A stretch of DNA of 64,000 bases, taken from NCBI RefSeq assembly GCF_009914755.1, contig NC_060942.1, one strand, 5' to 3'. Position 1 is the stretch's first letter, and each line of letters starts with the position of its first letter. This stretch comes from the human T2T-CHM13v2.0 reference genome, Homo sapiens. Below are positions 50,971 through 64,000 of the stretch, one piece after another. The position numbers and the translations under genes are program-made. A model generated the notes under the pieces. It searched no databases and was not told the origin of the DNA. It saw nothing but the letters and a program-made list of their open reading frames with translations.

Positions 50971-53833
50971 AAGGACAATAACTTATAAGATTTAACATCT
51001 ATAGTATATAGTCACCAAATAGGAAAAATATAATGCTTTAAAGAAAATGTTTTTCCACTATGTTTTTCTTTTTTTTATGTGTAAAAGCTAGGAAATAGAG
51101 ACTGTAGATCACTGATAAAGAAAAATGAAACACTCCTAAATTGGTGCAGCCATTGCCTCTTTGACTAGCGTATATTGCAGCTCTTATGAGAGGGTTTTGG
51201 GGGTTGCTTTTTTTGTTTGTTTTTTTTGTTTTTTGTTTTTTTTTTGGCTGACACATTTCATTAGTTGCAAGGAGCTCCAGTGGTGGGTTGATATTTGTCA
51301 CGCTCAGTTTACAAACTTTTCCAACCAGATAGCAAACATACTAAATTTCCACTGCTTAAGAAAGCAAAGTACTCAAGATACACACAAACACACACACACA
51401 AAGAGGGGGACAGAGAAGAAAAAAGAAAGCCTTGTTTTCAGATAGATACCAAAGAAGGAAAAATAAAACAAATTCTAGGCTGCCAACTGGTCTTATCTGA
51501 AAGTATCATTCATTCTTTCCTAGGTTCTGATTCAGTGTTGAGAAAATACATTCTGACTCCAAGTAGTCTGACATTCTTACAAAATTAACTTTATCCACTT
51601 GTAGGTGGAATTCATGTGAACACAGTTTATTGGATCATAATAACACATAATATTAGACTGTACCAGAAACACTTTGTTTTTAACAAAACTTAAAAATCTC
51701 ATTTGCCAGCATCAATTACCTACAATGAAGTATCTCTTCCACACACATACTCCCAGATGTGCAAAACTTCTTACATCTCCTATTAGACATGGAAAACATT
51801 CACTCTTCTCGTATGTACTGTGTAAGAATGACTAAAATTGATTACACAACACCTAAATATTTAAAAAAAATCTGCCAGATTTAGGGATATTTTAATGGCA
51901 CCTAAAAGACTGTCATGAATGCCAGGATCCATGGAGCAAATTATTAAACTCTAGGAGCTCAAAACATTTTAACACCTGTGTGATCCCCATACCCCCTTGA
52001 TCCAGGTTGTGATAAAGATGTGAAGTGCACAGAGCTGAAACCCGAGTAGCCATTGGAGGCTGTCCTGCCATGGTAACATAATTTACTGTGTCATTACCAT
52101 TGTTATCGCATCCTCCGCTTCAAAGCACATGGTATCCAGGTGATAAATTACTGAATCTGACATTTCTTAATATTCATAAAGTACTTTGATAAAAAGAACT
52201 TGGTTTCCTTATCTAAATGTGCAATTTCAAGACAATAGGCTCTCTGAAGAGGATTAAATTCCTGAGAGTTTAGTTAAATGAGAGATAATTAGAAATTTTA
52301 GGCTCTTTCTGATATGGGACAATTCCAGAAGCAGTAGCAGTAACTCTATCCTGTTTATTTTAATTTAAAGGACTGACTTGTTATTAATGAATGTGTGTGT
52401 GTAAGTGTATGTGTGTAGTATTGGTCCATTTTAGTAGGTTCAGTTTTTTTCTAGGTCACTAAGTTTCCACTTAAAACTTATTTTCAAAGGAGAAACTCTT
52501 TAGAATTCTTGGAACACTTTGGTGCCTGACCAGTAAGCAAATCCTGGTATAGGTGTGGGCCAGTGTGGCAAGTGAGAGCCAAAGGAGTTCAGAATGAAAT
52601 TCCACAGTCCGTGAGCCTATACTTCCCTACCAACTCCTATTGACAGCAGCTAGGTTTTCATTAGTGTATACCCGAATGAGTCCAGAACAGACCATTCTAT
52701 CCACAGCTTACACGAGGGACTCCTGGTTTTCCTCTGCATAACCTTGAGGTCTTGCAACTTAAATTCAGCATATGAATCCTCTGTGTAAGCTTTGAATCCT
52801 ATGCATCTCTCCTCATCCACCATCAGGCCAATAAAGTGTTTGACAGAAAGCTTAGGACAGAGGTTGTTCCATATTATCTGCACATGATGGGAAAAGGAGA
52901 CGAGGCTACATGTCCAATGAGGGGAAAGGAGCTGAAGGGGGAGAATAATCAATCATTTAACCACACATTTAGCTCTTTAGAGAGGTGATCTGTCAAATGG
53001 ACTCGAGAGGCTTTCATACAAGGCATAACTGCAAAAATTGATCAGGGAGTTCTCACTCTACTAGAAAAGGCAGTCCATCTATATTTTATACTGTGTTCTT
53101 ATAATGTGCATAAAATTCTGAATTTATAGCTTCACATGGTTCATTTAACCCACCAAGATAGAGTTTATTGACTCTGTGTGGAAACTTTGGAACAATTTTT
53201 GTTATAGTCATTGGTGGTGCTAGTGGGTTTTTCTTTCTTTTTCTTTACTAATGTTTAGAGTCAATCACGTTGATAGAAGAAAACAATTATAATTTTAATT
53301 AGAACATAAATGAAAATCAAGGAAAATTCCAAATGGCTAAAATTTTAGTTTGAATACCCTTCAAATTCTCTTGGAATGTCTTAAGCTAGTGACTAAATGT
53401 TTAGACTTTAATATACTTGCATATATTTTATTCTATAGTTTTTCTTTTCTGTATTTTCACTTAGTGTCCCCCAAAATGGTAGAAATGCATTGGTGAGAAA
53501 GAAAAATACCCTTTATATCTGAATCTTCCATAGCACTCAGTGCAGTGCTTAATAAAACCTTGTTAAATCAGAGTCTTGAAAAAAAGATTCTGTTTCCTAA
53601 TAGAGAAATATTGTGGGGGAGGGAGCCTCTTTCTGGATGTGTTTTTGCAACTAAGAAATAAACTTCTTTCGGGAATGTGGGGGAATGATGAAGTGATTTC
53701 ATCTCTATGAATTCTGTATATCTTTTTATCTACACCTCTGAAATGTAATACTGTGAGGAAAACTTATAACTTGCCAATTATTAGTAGGTAAATAATGTAT
53801 CTTGCTCATATAAAGACAGAAAAATATACAAAT

Positions 53834-54211
53834 TGTATTAATTTGTTCTCACACTGCTATAAAGACATAACCGAGACTGGGTAATCTATAAAGAAAAGAG
53901 GTTTAATTGGCTCGCAGCCTGTGGGCTGTACAGGCTTCTGTTTTTGGGGAGGCCTCAGGAAACTTACAATCATGGAGGAAGGTGAAGGGGAAGCAAGCAT
54001 GTTTCCATGGCAGGGGCAAGAAAAAGAGAGCATGAAGGGGGAGGTGCCACACACTTTCAAACACTAGATCTTGTGAGAACTCTATCACAACAACAGCAAG
54101 GGGGAAGTCTGACCCCATGGTCCAATCACCTCCCACCAGGTCCCTCCTCCAACACTGAGAATTACAATTTGACTTGAGATTTGGGTGGGGACACAGAATC
54201 AAACCATATCA
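53834..54211 (-). mobile_element. MSTA-like MaLR solo LTR
   Basis: tgtatta...cacactgctataaaga...aaagaaaagaggtttaattggctc...gagatttgggtggggacacag...aaaccatatca; ~380 bp. Confidence 0.92.
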
Positions 54212-54416
54212 AACATGGTAGAAGGAATTCATTATTTTATCCATTATTGTTTCTCTAAGAGAGAAACAGGGTAACAGAGTGTGACATACAGCCAGCCTGC
54301 ATGCTAACACATGAGTGAAGCCCATCTATTCCCAACTGAGGTTCATTATGAGCATTTTCTAAGTATCACCATGACCAGCTCTAGTCCCTCTATAAAATGC
54401 TTCACATTGAAATGTA

Positions 54417-54990
54417 TAGTCAGTTCCTGTTATTCATGGTAGTTTGGTTCTACAAAGCCTCTGCAAACACTGAATTAATGAATACTGAACCATTGCGCTT
54501 AGGGGAAGTATATACATGTGTATGTAAAGTATATATATATATATCTCTCTCACATATATTATAATCTTAAACCTTAAAAACATCTTAAAAACAAGGTTGT
54601 CCTGGTAGATACTATTTTATTACACAAGAAAAAACAAGGTTCAATGGTGTTATGTGACTTGCCTGAGGCTTCCCCACTAACAGGGATCAGAGATGGGACT
54701 CAAGCTGTCCAGATGGCCCCAGAGCAGAGTCTTCTTGCACTACATTGGACTGTCTCTTCCATCTCCATCCTCTTGTCATCTCTGTATAAAGAGCTGAAAA
54801 AGGGTGGCAGAGCGTGGCCTTCTTTAGCCTCAGCTAGGAATGTACACAGTTGGACAACACAAATTTTTGCCACTCTGCACACATCCACTTTTGACCATCA
54901 AAGTGCCATAAATATTGATTTTGGGGTTACATATAAGGTTTTGTGAGTAGGTGAATTTGCAGATATAGAATTCATTAATGAGGTTTACTG
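54417..54990 (+). mobile_element. MER82-like (TcMar-Tigger)
   Basis: Ends ...aacactgaattaatgaatactgaaccattg and ...gattttggggttac...aatgaggtttactg, TA on both sides. Confidence 0.8.
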
Positions 54991-55683
54991 TATTTGTAAA
55001 TCTCACATTAGCAGTCATTTATGGTTAGGACCAAATACTGAGTACCTCAGTTCCTAAAGCCATGAGCAATGTCCTGTGCATGCTTGGGGTCCCACAGGTA
55101 TTTGTCTCCATCATCAGCTTGTGGCAATGAGTGGGCGTACTCTGAAGCCCTCCTATGCTCTAATAATGGCAGAACTGTTTATACGATAAACCATATTTCA
55201 TCCTCATTGTCCACCAATATTTACTAAAAGGGATTATGGACTTTCTTCTTTGAAAATACTGGGAAGCTTGCGATGCACATTACATACTGTCTTTTTACTC
55301 TAAATTATGGAGCTAGTAAAAGATAAATGGAGGATGATATTTTATGGAAATTTGAGTGAAAATTCACAGATTGTGATAATTACACCCAGTCAGATTTTCT
55401 TGGAATTGTGTTATAAAGTATAGGATATCATTAGTTCAATAATGTGACTCTAAAATCACAATATCTAGAATTTCTCTTCACTATTTTAAAAATCCTCTTT
55501 GATGATATAATATTTTCTATTTTTTTTTACTTTATCAAATTAGCACAATCTAGTGGTTGTTACATTAAGGATTCCCTGCATAAATTTTAAAAAAATTTAT
55601 ATCTGCCATCCTAATACCATATAGACGAAAAAGTTTAAAAATCATGTCACAAACCTATAAAACATTTATGAATATTAAACATC

Positions 55684-56125
55684 ATATTAGTTTTCTATTA
55701 CTTCTGTAACAGACAATCACAAACAGTGGCTTAAAATAGCGCAGATGTATTATTCTACAGCCCGGAGATCGGGAGTCTACCGTGAGTGGGCAGGGTTGTG
55801 CTGCTTCTGGAGGTTCGCAGGGAGACTCTGTCCACCCCGGCCTTCTGCAGCTTCTAGAGGCGGCCTATATTCTCTGGCTCACAACCCTCTTAAAATTTGG
55901 CTATCCCACTGCTCTCACTTGTGCTTTTCATTCTCACATCTCTTTGGATTCTGACCCTTGTGATGACATGGAGTCCACCTAGGTAATTCAAAATAATCTC
56001 CCCATCTGGGGTCCTTTGCTTAATCACATCTGCAAAGCCCTTTTTCCCATGTAAGGTTACAGAGTCACAGGTTCTGGGGGTTAGATTGTGGATATCTTTG
56101 GGAGCCCTTATTCAGCCTACCACAA
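55684..56125 (-). mobile_element. MLT1 (C/D-like) MaLR solo LTR
   Basis: tattagttttctatt...cttaatcacatctgcaaagccc...tattcagcctaccaca. Confidence 0.88.
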
Positions 56126-56129
56126 ATGT

Positions 56130-57160
56130 ATAATTGGTCCAAGTTCTATAGAGAGTTCAAAGATAATTGATGCATGGTCCTTGCCCTTAAAACCTGTAAT
56201 CTAGGCAGGAGCTGGCAAATACTAAAATGACCATAAAACAAGGTAGAGGAACTTTCATGTCATATGGGAGTTCAGAAAAGAAAGAGATGGGTCATTAACT
56301 GACCAAAAAATGGTTCAACCTGCGTATCTCCACAAGGCAATATATGCCTTTGTTCATACTTGTCTCTCATCTGGAAATGCCATTTCCTCCTCTTCTACTT
56401 GGTTAACTCTTACTTAGCCTTTAAAATTCAAGTCATTTCTTTTAGGACATGCTCCTGGATGCCCAAGCAGAGACGGTAATTTCGTCACATTGTTTTTGAA
56501 AAATAGCTTATGTATATCTCTCATTAGAAAGAATGCTTGTCTTCTATAAAACTCTTCCAACTTTTTTAAAATTTTACTTTTGTATTCTTTGGCACCTCAT
56601 GCTGAGTTGCATATAATAGGCATTCAGTGAATACTTGATGAGTGAGTTAATGTGGGTAGGCACTGTGTAAAGAAGGCATAGGTGGCCAAATGTGTAATTT
56701 GGTGTGTTGAGGATGTCCTGCAGAGTGGAAAAGTGAGCCACACACTGGAACTAGGGGCAAGTAGGTCTTTTCAACTAACTAGTTATCAGGGAGATCTGGA
56801 AAGAAGATGGGAGAAATGGCAGAATGCAGCTCAACTGTCAAGCCTGGGTAACCAGGCAAATGGTCATGTCTTTAACAGAAATGAAACATAAATACCCAAG
56901 GGAATGGCAGGTAGTAAAGAAGTGATCTATGTTTCACTTTAGGCTCCATGAATCTGAAGAATTTAAGGCAACAGCTCACTGACATGACCAAGAAGAAATG
57001 GAATTTAGAAGAAAAATCAGAGTTATGTTTGAGGCTAGTTTCCCTAGGAGTGATAGTACAAGCCATAGGGATGGCTTAAAGGAAGAGGTAGACAAAAAGA
57101 GAAAAAGAGAAGATAAAAACATCTGGGGCAGAATGTTGGTGAATATATTCAGAGGGACCC
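56130..57160. mobile_element. L2 fragments in mixed orientation
   Basis: catggtccttgccctta (antisense), taggcattcagtgaatacttgatgagtgag (sense 3' end), agcctgggtaaccagg (antisense). Confidence 0.55.
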
Positions 57161-57186
57161 TAGGTGGGGGCACTTTTTAAAGAATC

Positions 57187-57429
57187 AGTTCCAGCCTAGC
57201 CAACACAACAAGACCTCATCTCTACTAACAATTAGAAAAAACAGTTTGCTGGGCATGGTGGTAGCTGCCTGTAGTCCCAGCTACCCAGCTACTCAGGAAG
57301 CTAAGGTGGGATCATTTGAGCCCAGGTGTTCAAGACTCCAGTGAACAATGATGGTACCACTGCACTCTAGCCTTGGTGACAGAGTGAGACCCTGACTCAA
57401 AAAAACAAAAAAGAAGAAAAGAAAAGAAA
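57187..57429 (+). mobile_element. 5'-truncated AluJ
   Basis: Partial left arm, right arm and A-rich tail; TSD aaagaatca (57178-57186 / 57430-57438). Confidence 0.9.
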
Positions 57430-59574
57430 AAAGAATCAACATCAGACGAAGGCTGCAGCAGTTTTTCTCAGATGATGGTTTCTCTGATTGCAGGAGAACA
57501 GGAAAAGTGCTCCCCTCTCTGAGCTGCTAGACAGCAGAAAGCAGTGCACCTACCTTACATTATTGTTCTTTGAGTATGGAACTTGTCTCCCATCCCAACC
57601 CTCCTAGATGATATATTTCTTGAGGGTGGAGGCTTTGTCTTTTTATATTTACGTTTCCTGGGTGTTGAACTCACCTCTTTACATTTAGTATATTTATTAA
57701 TCAATGGAGTAATAAATGAAAGAGTCAGATGTTGTGATATTTCTTTATTTCATAATATATCCAGTTTCTCCTAAAGTTTGCCTTAAGGTCCTGGAATGAA
57801 AAAAATGTTACAAAGCAGCTTAAAAATACTGGGCATAGCCAGAAGCTCAAAGCACACCTTGTGTTAATTCTATCTTGTTTGCAAAGTGGAACTGCCTGAA
57901 AATAGTCAGAATCCTGCTGAACTAAAACTTCCTGCTACATGATACTCCTTAGGTTCAAGTAAAGGACAGAGGCCTGCACTTAATTAAAAATATAAACCCA
58001 AGCTTTCTATCTCCAAGATGAGACTTAATTCTAAAGTCACCTGCGACATGTTTATCAGCCAGTCTGACTAAATGTTTCCCCTGAGGGTAAGTGGTACCTA
58101 AGATACTAGAAATGTAGCCCTAACAAAAGATCCACCAAGTTCCCCTAAAAGTGTACCTAAGAAACATATTAAGTACAAATGCATCCCATAAGACAAGATT
58201 TCAAAAGACTCAGGACAAAGGACATCCACATATGTGAAGTTATTTAGATAATGAAAATTTGCTTTTTAGTACTGTCAAAATAACAGATATTTGAGAAATT
58301 CATCACAATGTTCATATTTTATACTTAAGCATAAAAGAAATTATAATATACTAACTTCAATGAGTTTTCCTACTATCAGATAATTCTCAGATTTAGTATT
58401 GATTTATCTAAAGAACAATGTTATATGGAAAAACATACAATGTACAGATTATGTTTCTACCACACCCAAGTAAGTACAAACTCCTTATAATGCTGTGTCC
58501 CACAAGTGAGTTTTATGACAATGACCATCCACCTGGCCCATCAATCTTTTTAGGGGCTTCTCCCATCCTCAGTGTAGCACTCACCTTGCCTCAACACTGT
58601 GCACAACAAAAATAAAAAATAAAATTAATGACTGAATTACACTGTTCAGGAACTGGGATTAATTTATCAAACCAAGGCAATTTCTAAGTAAAACTCTTGG
58701 GCAAAAATTTCAAAAGCTTCTCACAGTTGGTTTCCACTGTCATTTACTTGAAGTTTTATCAATACACAAGAAAAAGATATAACTTTGTGCATTTTTCTAC
58801 CTGAGAGAGTGAGGTGACAGTATAAGAGGAACCCACTAAGCCTTTGATACGTCCAGCTGAAAGGGCACTCAAGCACAAGAAAATTTTCTCTAAATGCTTA
58901 CTTGGTGTGCTACGTGCAATTTGTTAGGTTTAAATCCCTATAGCAATCAGGAGATTTTCACAAATCTTTTAGCAAATAGATATTTTTCAGGGTAAGACAA
59001 CATCATGTTTCTTTGGTAGGTGTGTTGGATCTTATGTTAGACAGGTTATTAAAGTACAGGGTATTGCTCATTTCAACCCAAATGATGAAGGATCCACAAA
59101 GAAATATATAATCCATGTGAAGAGATAGCCGTAAGGAAAGGTAATACATTTAATCTGAAGAATGGTATGTATATATAAGTAGATAGATGGATATAGATAT
59201 ACAGGTAAATACGCACACTCATCAACTCCTATTTAACTCACATTAAGCTTGCTTAAATAGGCATTGGAAGGGAGGCAATGCAGCGTTCTTTCTAATTACC
59301 ACTTATTCTCATATGTACAATTGTGAAGGGCTTATTATTAATTACTAAAATTTAATATGAATTATACTTTATGTTGCCATTAATTGTTTAAGGCACATTC
59401 TGCAGGAGATCCAAATCCATTAAAACTTTGGGTGGGATGAAAATTTTACTTTTGTATTACAAGGCTGATGTTCTTTAACATATGATTTGATTGCCTCTGA
59501 ACATGTCTTTTCATAAGATAAATTTAAAATGTTAATTTTCCCCTGCATGGTATAAAAATAGGCCTCATAGCAAA

Positions 59575-59660
59575 ACAGACCAATTTGCTAAATGACTAAT
59601 TTATCCAAAGCCAATTCACTACAAACCAATTTGTCAAATGACCAATTTGCCATTTTATCC
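59575..59660. mobile_element. MER53-like DNA element, left part (right part at ~62400-62472)
   Basis: Repeated ccaatttg(c/t) units; reverse-complement gcaaattgacttgcaatcc beyond the L1. Confidence 0.45.
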
Positions 59661-59896
59661 AACATTTTTTTCAGTGTTAATTTCATCATGTCTTCCCTGC
59701 TTCCTTTTCCACTGACTTATTCCAAATTGGGTGAATATTCATTTGGCATGTTTCAAAATGCAGATGCCTAGAACTCTTGGAACATCTGCTTCTAGTCTTC
59801 TCATGGGCCCCATTCCATCTGGGTTCTTATGTCTACCCTTGTCTCTGTCTGTGACAACATATCCTGGGTCTTGTTTAAAATATTTGTATAACAGTT

Positions 59897-62343
59897 TAAC
59901 ATGAGGGAAAGTTGAATTTTATTGAAAGCCCTTTCTATATCTATTGAGATAATCATGTAGTCTGTGGTTTTAGTTCTGTTTGTGTGATGAATCATATTTA
60001 TTGATTTGTGGATGTTGAACTAACTTTGCATCCCAAGAATAAAACCTACTTGATTGTGGTGGATTAGCTTTTTGATGTGCTGCTAGATTTGGTTTGGTAG
60101 TATTTTGTTGAGGATTTTTGTATCTATGTTCATCAGGGATATTGGCCCAAAGTTGCTTTTTTTTTTTTGCTTGTGTCTCTGCCAGATTTTGGTATCAGAA
60201 TGATGCTGGCATCATATAAAGAGTTAGAGAGGAGTTCCTCCTCTTCAATTTTTTGGAATAATTTCAGTATGGTTGGTACCAGCTCTTCTTTATATATCTG
60301 GTAGAATTTGGCTATGAATCCACCTGGTCTAGGGCTTTTTCTGGTCGGTAGGCATTTTTATCACTGATTCAATTTCAGAACTCATTATTGGTCTGTCCAG
60401 GGTTTCAATTTTTTCTTGGTTCAATCTTGGGAGTTTGTATGTTTCTAGGAATTTATTCATTTCTTGTAGGTTTTCTAGTTTGAGCTCATAGTGGTGTTCA
60501 TAACACTCGCTGGGTTTTTTTTTTTTTATTTCTGTGGGGTTGCTGGTAATGCCCCCTTTGTTGCTTCTGATTGTGTTTGTTTCAGTCTTCTCTCTTTATT
60601 CTTTATCAGTCTAGTTAGTGATCTACCAATCTTATCTATTCTTTCAAAAAAACAATTTTTGGTCTCATTGATCTTTTGTATGGTTTTTTTGGTCTCAATT
60701 TTGTTTAGTTCAGCTCTAATTTTGGTTATTTCTTTTCTTCTGCTAGCTTTGGGGTTGATTTGCTCTTGTTTTTGTATTCCCACATCCCATGTGATATTAG
60801 GTTGTTAATTTGAGACCTTTCTAACTTTTTGATGTGGGCTTTTACTGTTATAGATTTTCCTCTTAACACTGCTTTAGCTGTGTCCAGAGATACTAGTATG
60901 CTGTATCTCTGTTTTAGTTTCAAAGAATTTCTTGATTTCTGCCTTAATTTCATTTATTTACCCAAAAGTCAATCAGGAGCAGGTTGTTTAATTTCCATGA
61001 AATTATATGGTTTGGAGAGATCTTATTATTAATTTCTATTTTTATTGCACTGTGGTGTGAGAGTATGGTTGGTACGATTTTGGTTCTTATCTTATTGGGA
61101 ATTGCTTTATGGACAAGCATGTGGTCAGTTTTAGAGTATATGCCATGTGCAGACGAGAAGAATGTATATTCTGTTATTGTTGGGTGGAGTGTTCTGTAGA
61201 TGTCTGTTGCACCTATCATATCCAAGAAGAAAACCTAGGAAATACCATTTTGGACATAGGCCCTGGCAAAGAGTTTATGATAATGACTCCAAAAGTAATG
61301 GCAACAAAATAAAAAACTGACAAGTGGGACCTAATTAAACTAAAGAGCTTCTGCACAGCAAAATAAATGATTAACAGAGAAAGCAGACAACCTACAGAAT
61401 GGAAGAAAATATTTGCAAACTATGCATCCAACAAAGGTTTACTATCCAGAATCTATAAGGAACTTAAACAAATCGACAACCAAAAAACAAATAACTCTGT
61501 TATAAAGTAGGCAAAAGACATGAACAGACACTTCTCAAAAGAAGACACACAAGTGGTCAATAAACATGAGAAAATGCTCAAAATCACTAATCATCAGAGA
61601 CTTGCAAATCAAAACCACAATGAGATGCCATCTGACACCAGCCAGAATAGCTATTACCAAAAAATCTAAAAACAACAGATGTTGGCAAGGTTGTGGAGAA
61701 AAAGGAACATTTATACATTCCTGGTAGGAATGTAAATTAGTTCAACCACTGTTGAAAAAATTTGGAAACTTCTCAAAAAACTTAAAACAGAACTACCATT
61801 TGACCCAGCATTTCAGTTAATAGGTATATACCCAAAGGAATATAAATTCTTCTACCATAAAGACACATGCATGTGTATGTTCATTGCAGTACTGTTCACA
61901 CTAGCAAAGACATGAAATTAACCTAGATGCCCATCAATGGTGGACTGGATAAAGAAAATGTGGTGTATATATAGCATGGAATACTACACAGTCATAAAAG
62001 AGAACAAAACCTGTCTTTTGCAGCAACATGGATGGTACTAGAGGCCATTAACCTAAGCAAGTTAATGCAGGAACAGAAAACCAAATACTGCATGTTCTCA
62101 CTTATAAGTGGGAGCTAAACACTGAGTACACATAGACACAAAGTTGGGAACCATAGACACAGGCCTACTTGAGGGTGGAGGGTGAGAGGAGGGTAAGAGT
62201 CTAAAAACTACCTATCGGGTACTGTGATCATTGCCTGGATGATGAAATAGCCTGTACACAAAACCTCCATGACACACACCCATGTAACAAACCTGCACAT
62301 GTAACCCCTGAACCTAAAATGAAAGTTGGAAAGAAAAATATAT
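59897..62343 (+). mobile_element. L1PA16-like element with ~1.3-kb 5' inversion
   Basis: Antisense ORF2 EN-to-RT segment at 59897-~61222 (ORFs [24 protein letters not shown]), then sense ORF2 end from EENLGNTILDIG and 3'UTR; exact 17-bp TSD atatttgtataacagtt (59880-59896 / 62344-62360). Confidence 0.95.
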
Positions 62344-62529
62344 ATATTTGTATAACAGTTCAAAGTGAATTTTTCTTTTGACAAATTACAATTCAAGGGA
62401 CTAAAAATTTGGTGAGTTGGCCTTTGCCAAAAGTTTGGGGATATTTGTTTTCTGCAAATTGACTTGCAATCCTAAAACTATCCAAGAAAATCAAAGAATA
62501 ATACTCATTCCTAATTGAGTATTTCCTTT

Positions 62530-62710
62530 ATATCTGGTACTTCATAAGTATCATCTCACTGAATTCTGACAGTAATCAAAAGAGTTTTCTAACAGGTAAG
62601 GAAACTGAAGAGTGAAATAATTAAGTAACTTGTCTAAGGTGACACTGCTTTTAAGTAGCAGAACTAGGACTTGAATCTAGCTTATTTGATTCTACAGCGG
62701 GAGTGCTTAA
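62530..62710 (-). mobile_element. MIR
   Basis: aacaggtaaggaaactgaag...attaagtaacttgtctaaggtgacac MIR core. Confidence 0.78.
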
Positions 62711-64000
62711 TATGAAACTAAAACACAATCTGAAAGTGTTTTTAATAAAGGTGATAATTACTTTAAAAAAACACATACACATAAAATAATTTTTGATTTT
62801 TTTCTTTGGAGAAAGTGAGTATACTATATACACTTTCAGAGATTTAAAGCCTTAATGAGTACTCAACTGAATCAGAGAAGATTCTAACCTGTTTCTTCAA
62901 GGGTCTCTATAAAGTAAGGAAGTTGTCAGACTATGAGGTGTGGATAATCTTGCTTAACTGAAATGTGGGGCTCTAACATGAGGTGGTTTCTTTAATTTTC
63001 TAAAAAAAAATAAATGAAACAGAAATAAGTACCCTAAAACATGATTTATGCACAGCAGAATGGCTTTTATGTATAGACATATGAAGCAAGAATTGAAGTG
63101 TGTGTTATACTGTCTTGAAAGTCAACCTATAAAGACAGTAGGGGCTCCTATGTTTTCTACTGTATGAATCTAATCATATAATAATAAAACTACAGAACAC
63201 TTATTAGGATATCTGAAAGTTAGCATTCTTGAATTGGACTCTATTCTCTTTCCTAGAGCCCCTTCTAAAAATTTATGTTTATTGACATCAGAAATGTCAG
63301 CATGAAGATAGTAGGAAAAGAAGAAAAAAATAATTTAAAAGGTGTCAGGAAGCATGTTTCTGTCTTGTCATCCCTGTTGACAGTATCTGTGACTTTCAGT
63401 GCTCATCTGGACCCAACATTAGCAGAAACACTAGCAAAATCACCTTTCTAACTGAGCTTCTTCGCCCTTTTATTGAGTCTCTTTGCCCTTTTGGATGGTT
63501 TCCAACTGTAGATTGCAGTAAATTATTCAATCATTCATTTTTTCTCCCTAATATGTACTGAGTACCTCCTTTTAATAAGGAAAGTGTACCAGGCATATTT
63601 CACCTTAACATTGTACTAGATCCTGTTTTGCAAATTTGTAACAATTGAAATACACAGAACTATAACTCATGGTGACTATATTTTCATACATACTTGCCTC
63701 TGAGACCTCACTAAATCAGTTGGAACACTATCCCACAATGAATTGGGGGATTAAACTATAAGTATCTAATAACCTTATTAGCTAACAATAGCTAACCAGA
63801 TGACCTTATTAGTGGGCTAACTTCCAGAGGAAGCTAATGTATACAACAGTCCCCTAGCGAATGGCCTTTGTGAAAAGGGCATCTGTAAGGGAAATGAGAG
63901 CTTCTCCCGTACACTTGTTGGTCCTAGACACTGCCCAAGGTGATCTGTGTGTTAATGAGCAATCTCCCAACAATTTTGGGTATTCCAAGAAGATCATGTT

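Noticed and set aside
57150-57175. CTCF-like motif cctaggtgggggcac (partial matches also near 1-13 and 42095)
   Set aside because: Only partial consensus matches; cannot be supported without PWM scoring or ChIP data.
59575-59660. Short repeated ccaatttg units resembling a spaced array
   Set aside because: Irregular 8-10-bp subterminal repeats of a MER53-like element; not CRISPR-like, and the DNA is eukaryotic.
59801-61312. Cluster of ORFs with EN/RT-like peptides
   Set aside because: Decayed L1 ORF2 within the inverted L1PA16-like element.

Overview
AT-rich, CpG-poor primate (human-like) intronic or intergenic DNA. I find no supportable protein-coding gene, RNA gene or CpG-island promoter. 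The ORF-track entries are Alu-, L1-, LTR- or microsatellite-derived, or short chance ORFs. The window is a layered record of transposable elements: Alu/FLAM, L1PA/L1M, L2, MIR, MaLR/ERV1/ERVL LTRs, hAT and Tigger DNA elements, and two very old RT-encoding LINE fossils (CR1/L3 at ~0.8-2.25 kb; RTE-clade at ~48.2-49.6 kb). The notable observations concern insertion and repair mechanisms. (i) Two short local copies (68 and ~84 bp) reproduce a TE-end/flank junction 0.7-1.2 kb away. (ii) Two independent L1PA insertions have their 5'-most L1 base at the same ORF2 position. (iii) Four L1s are 5'-inverted (twin-primed). (iv) A 271-nt GAA/GAGAAG polypurine tract grew from an L1 tail. (v) Several fold-back palindromes are present. 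I cannot support a new gene or system. Subfamily names come from recalled consensus sequences, not a database search, and boundaries of old elements are approximate.
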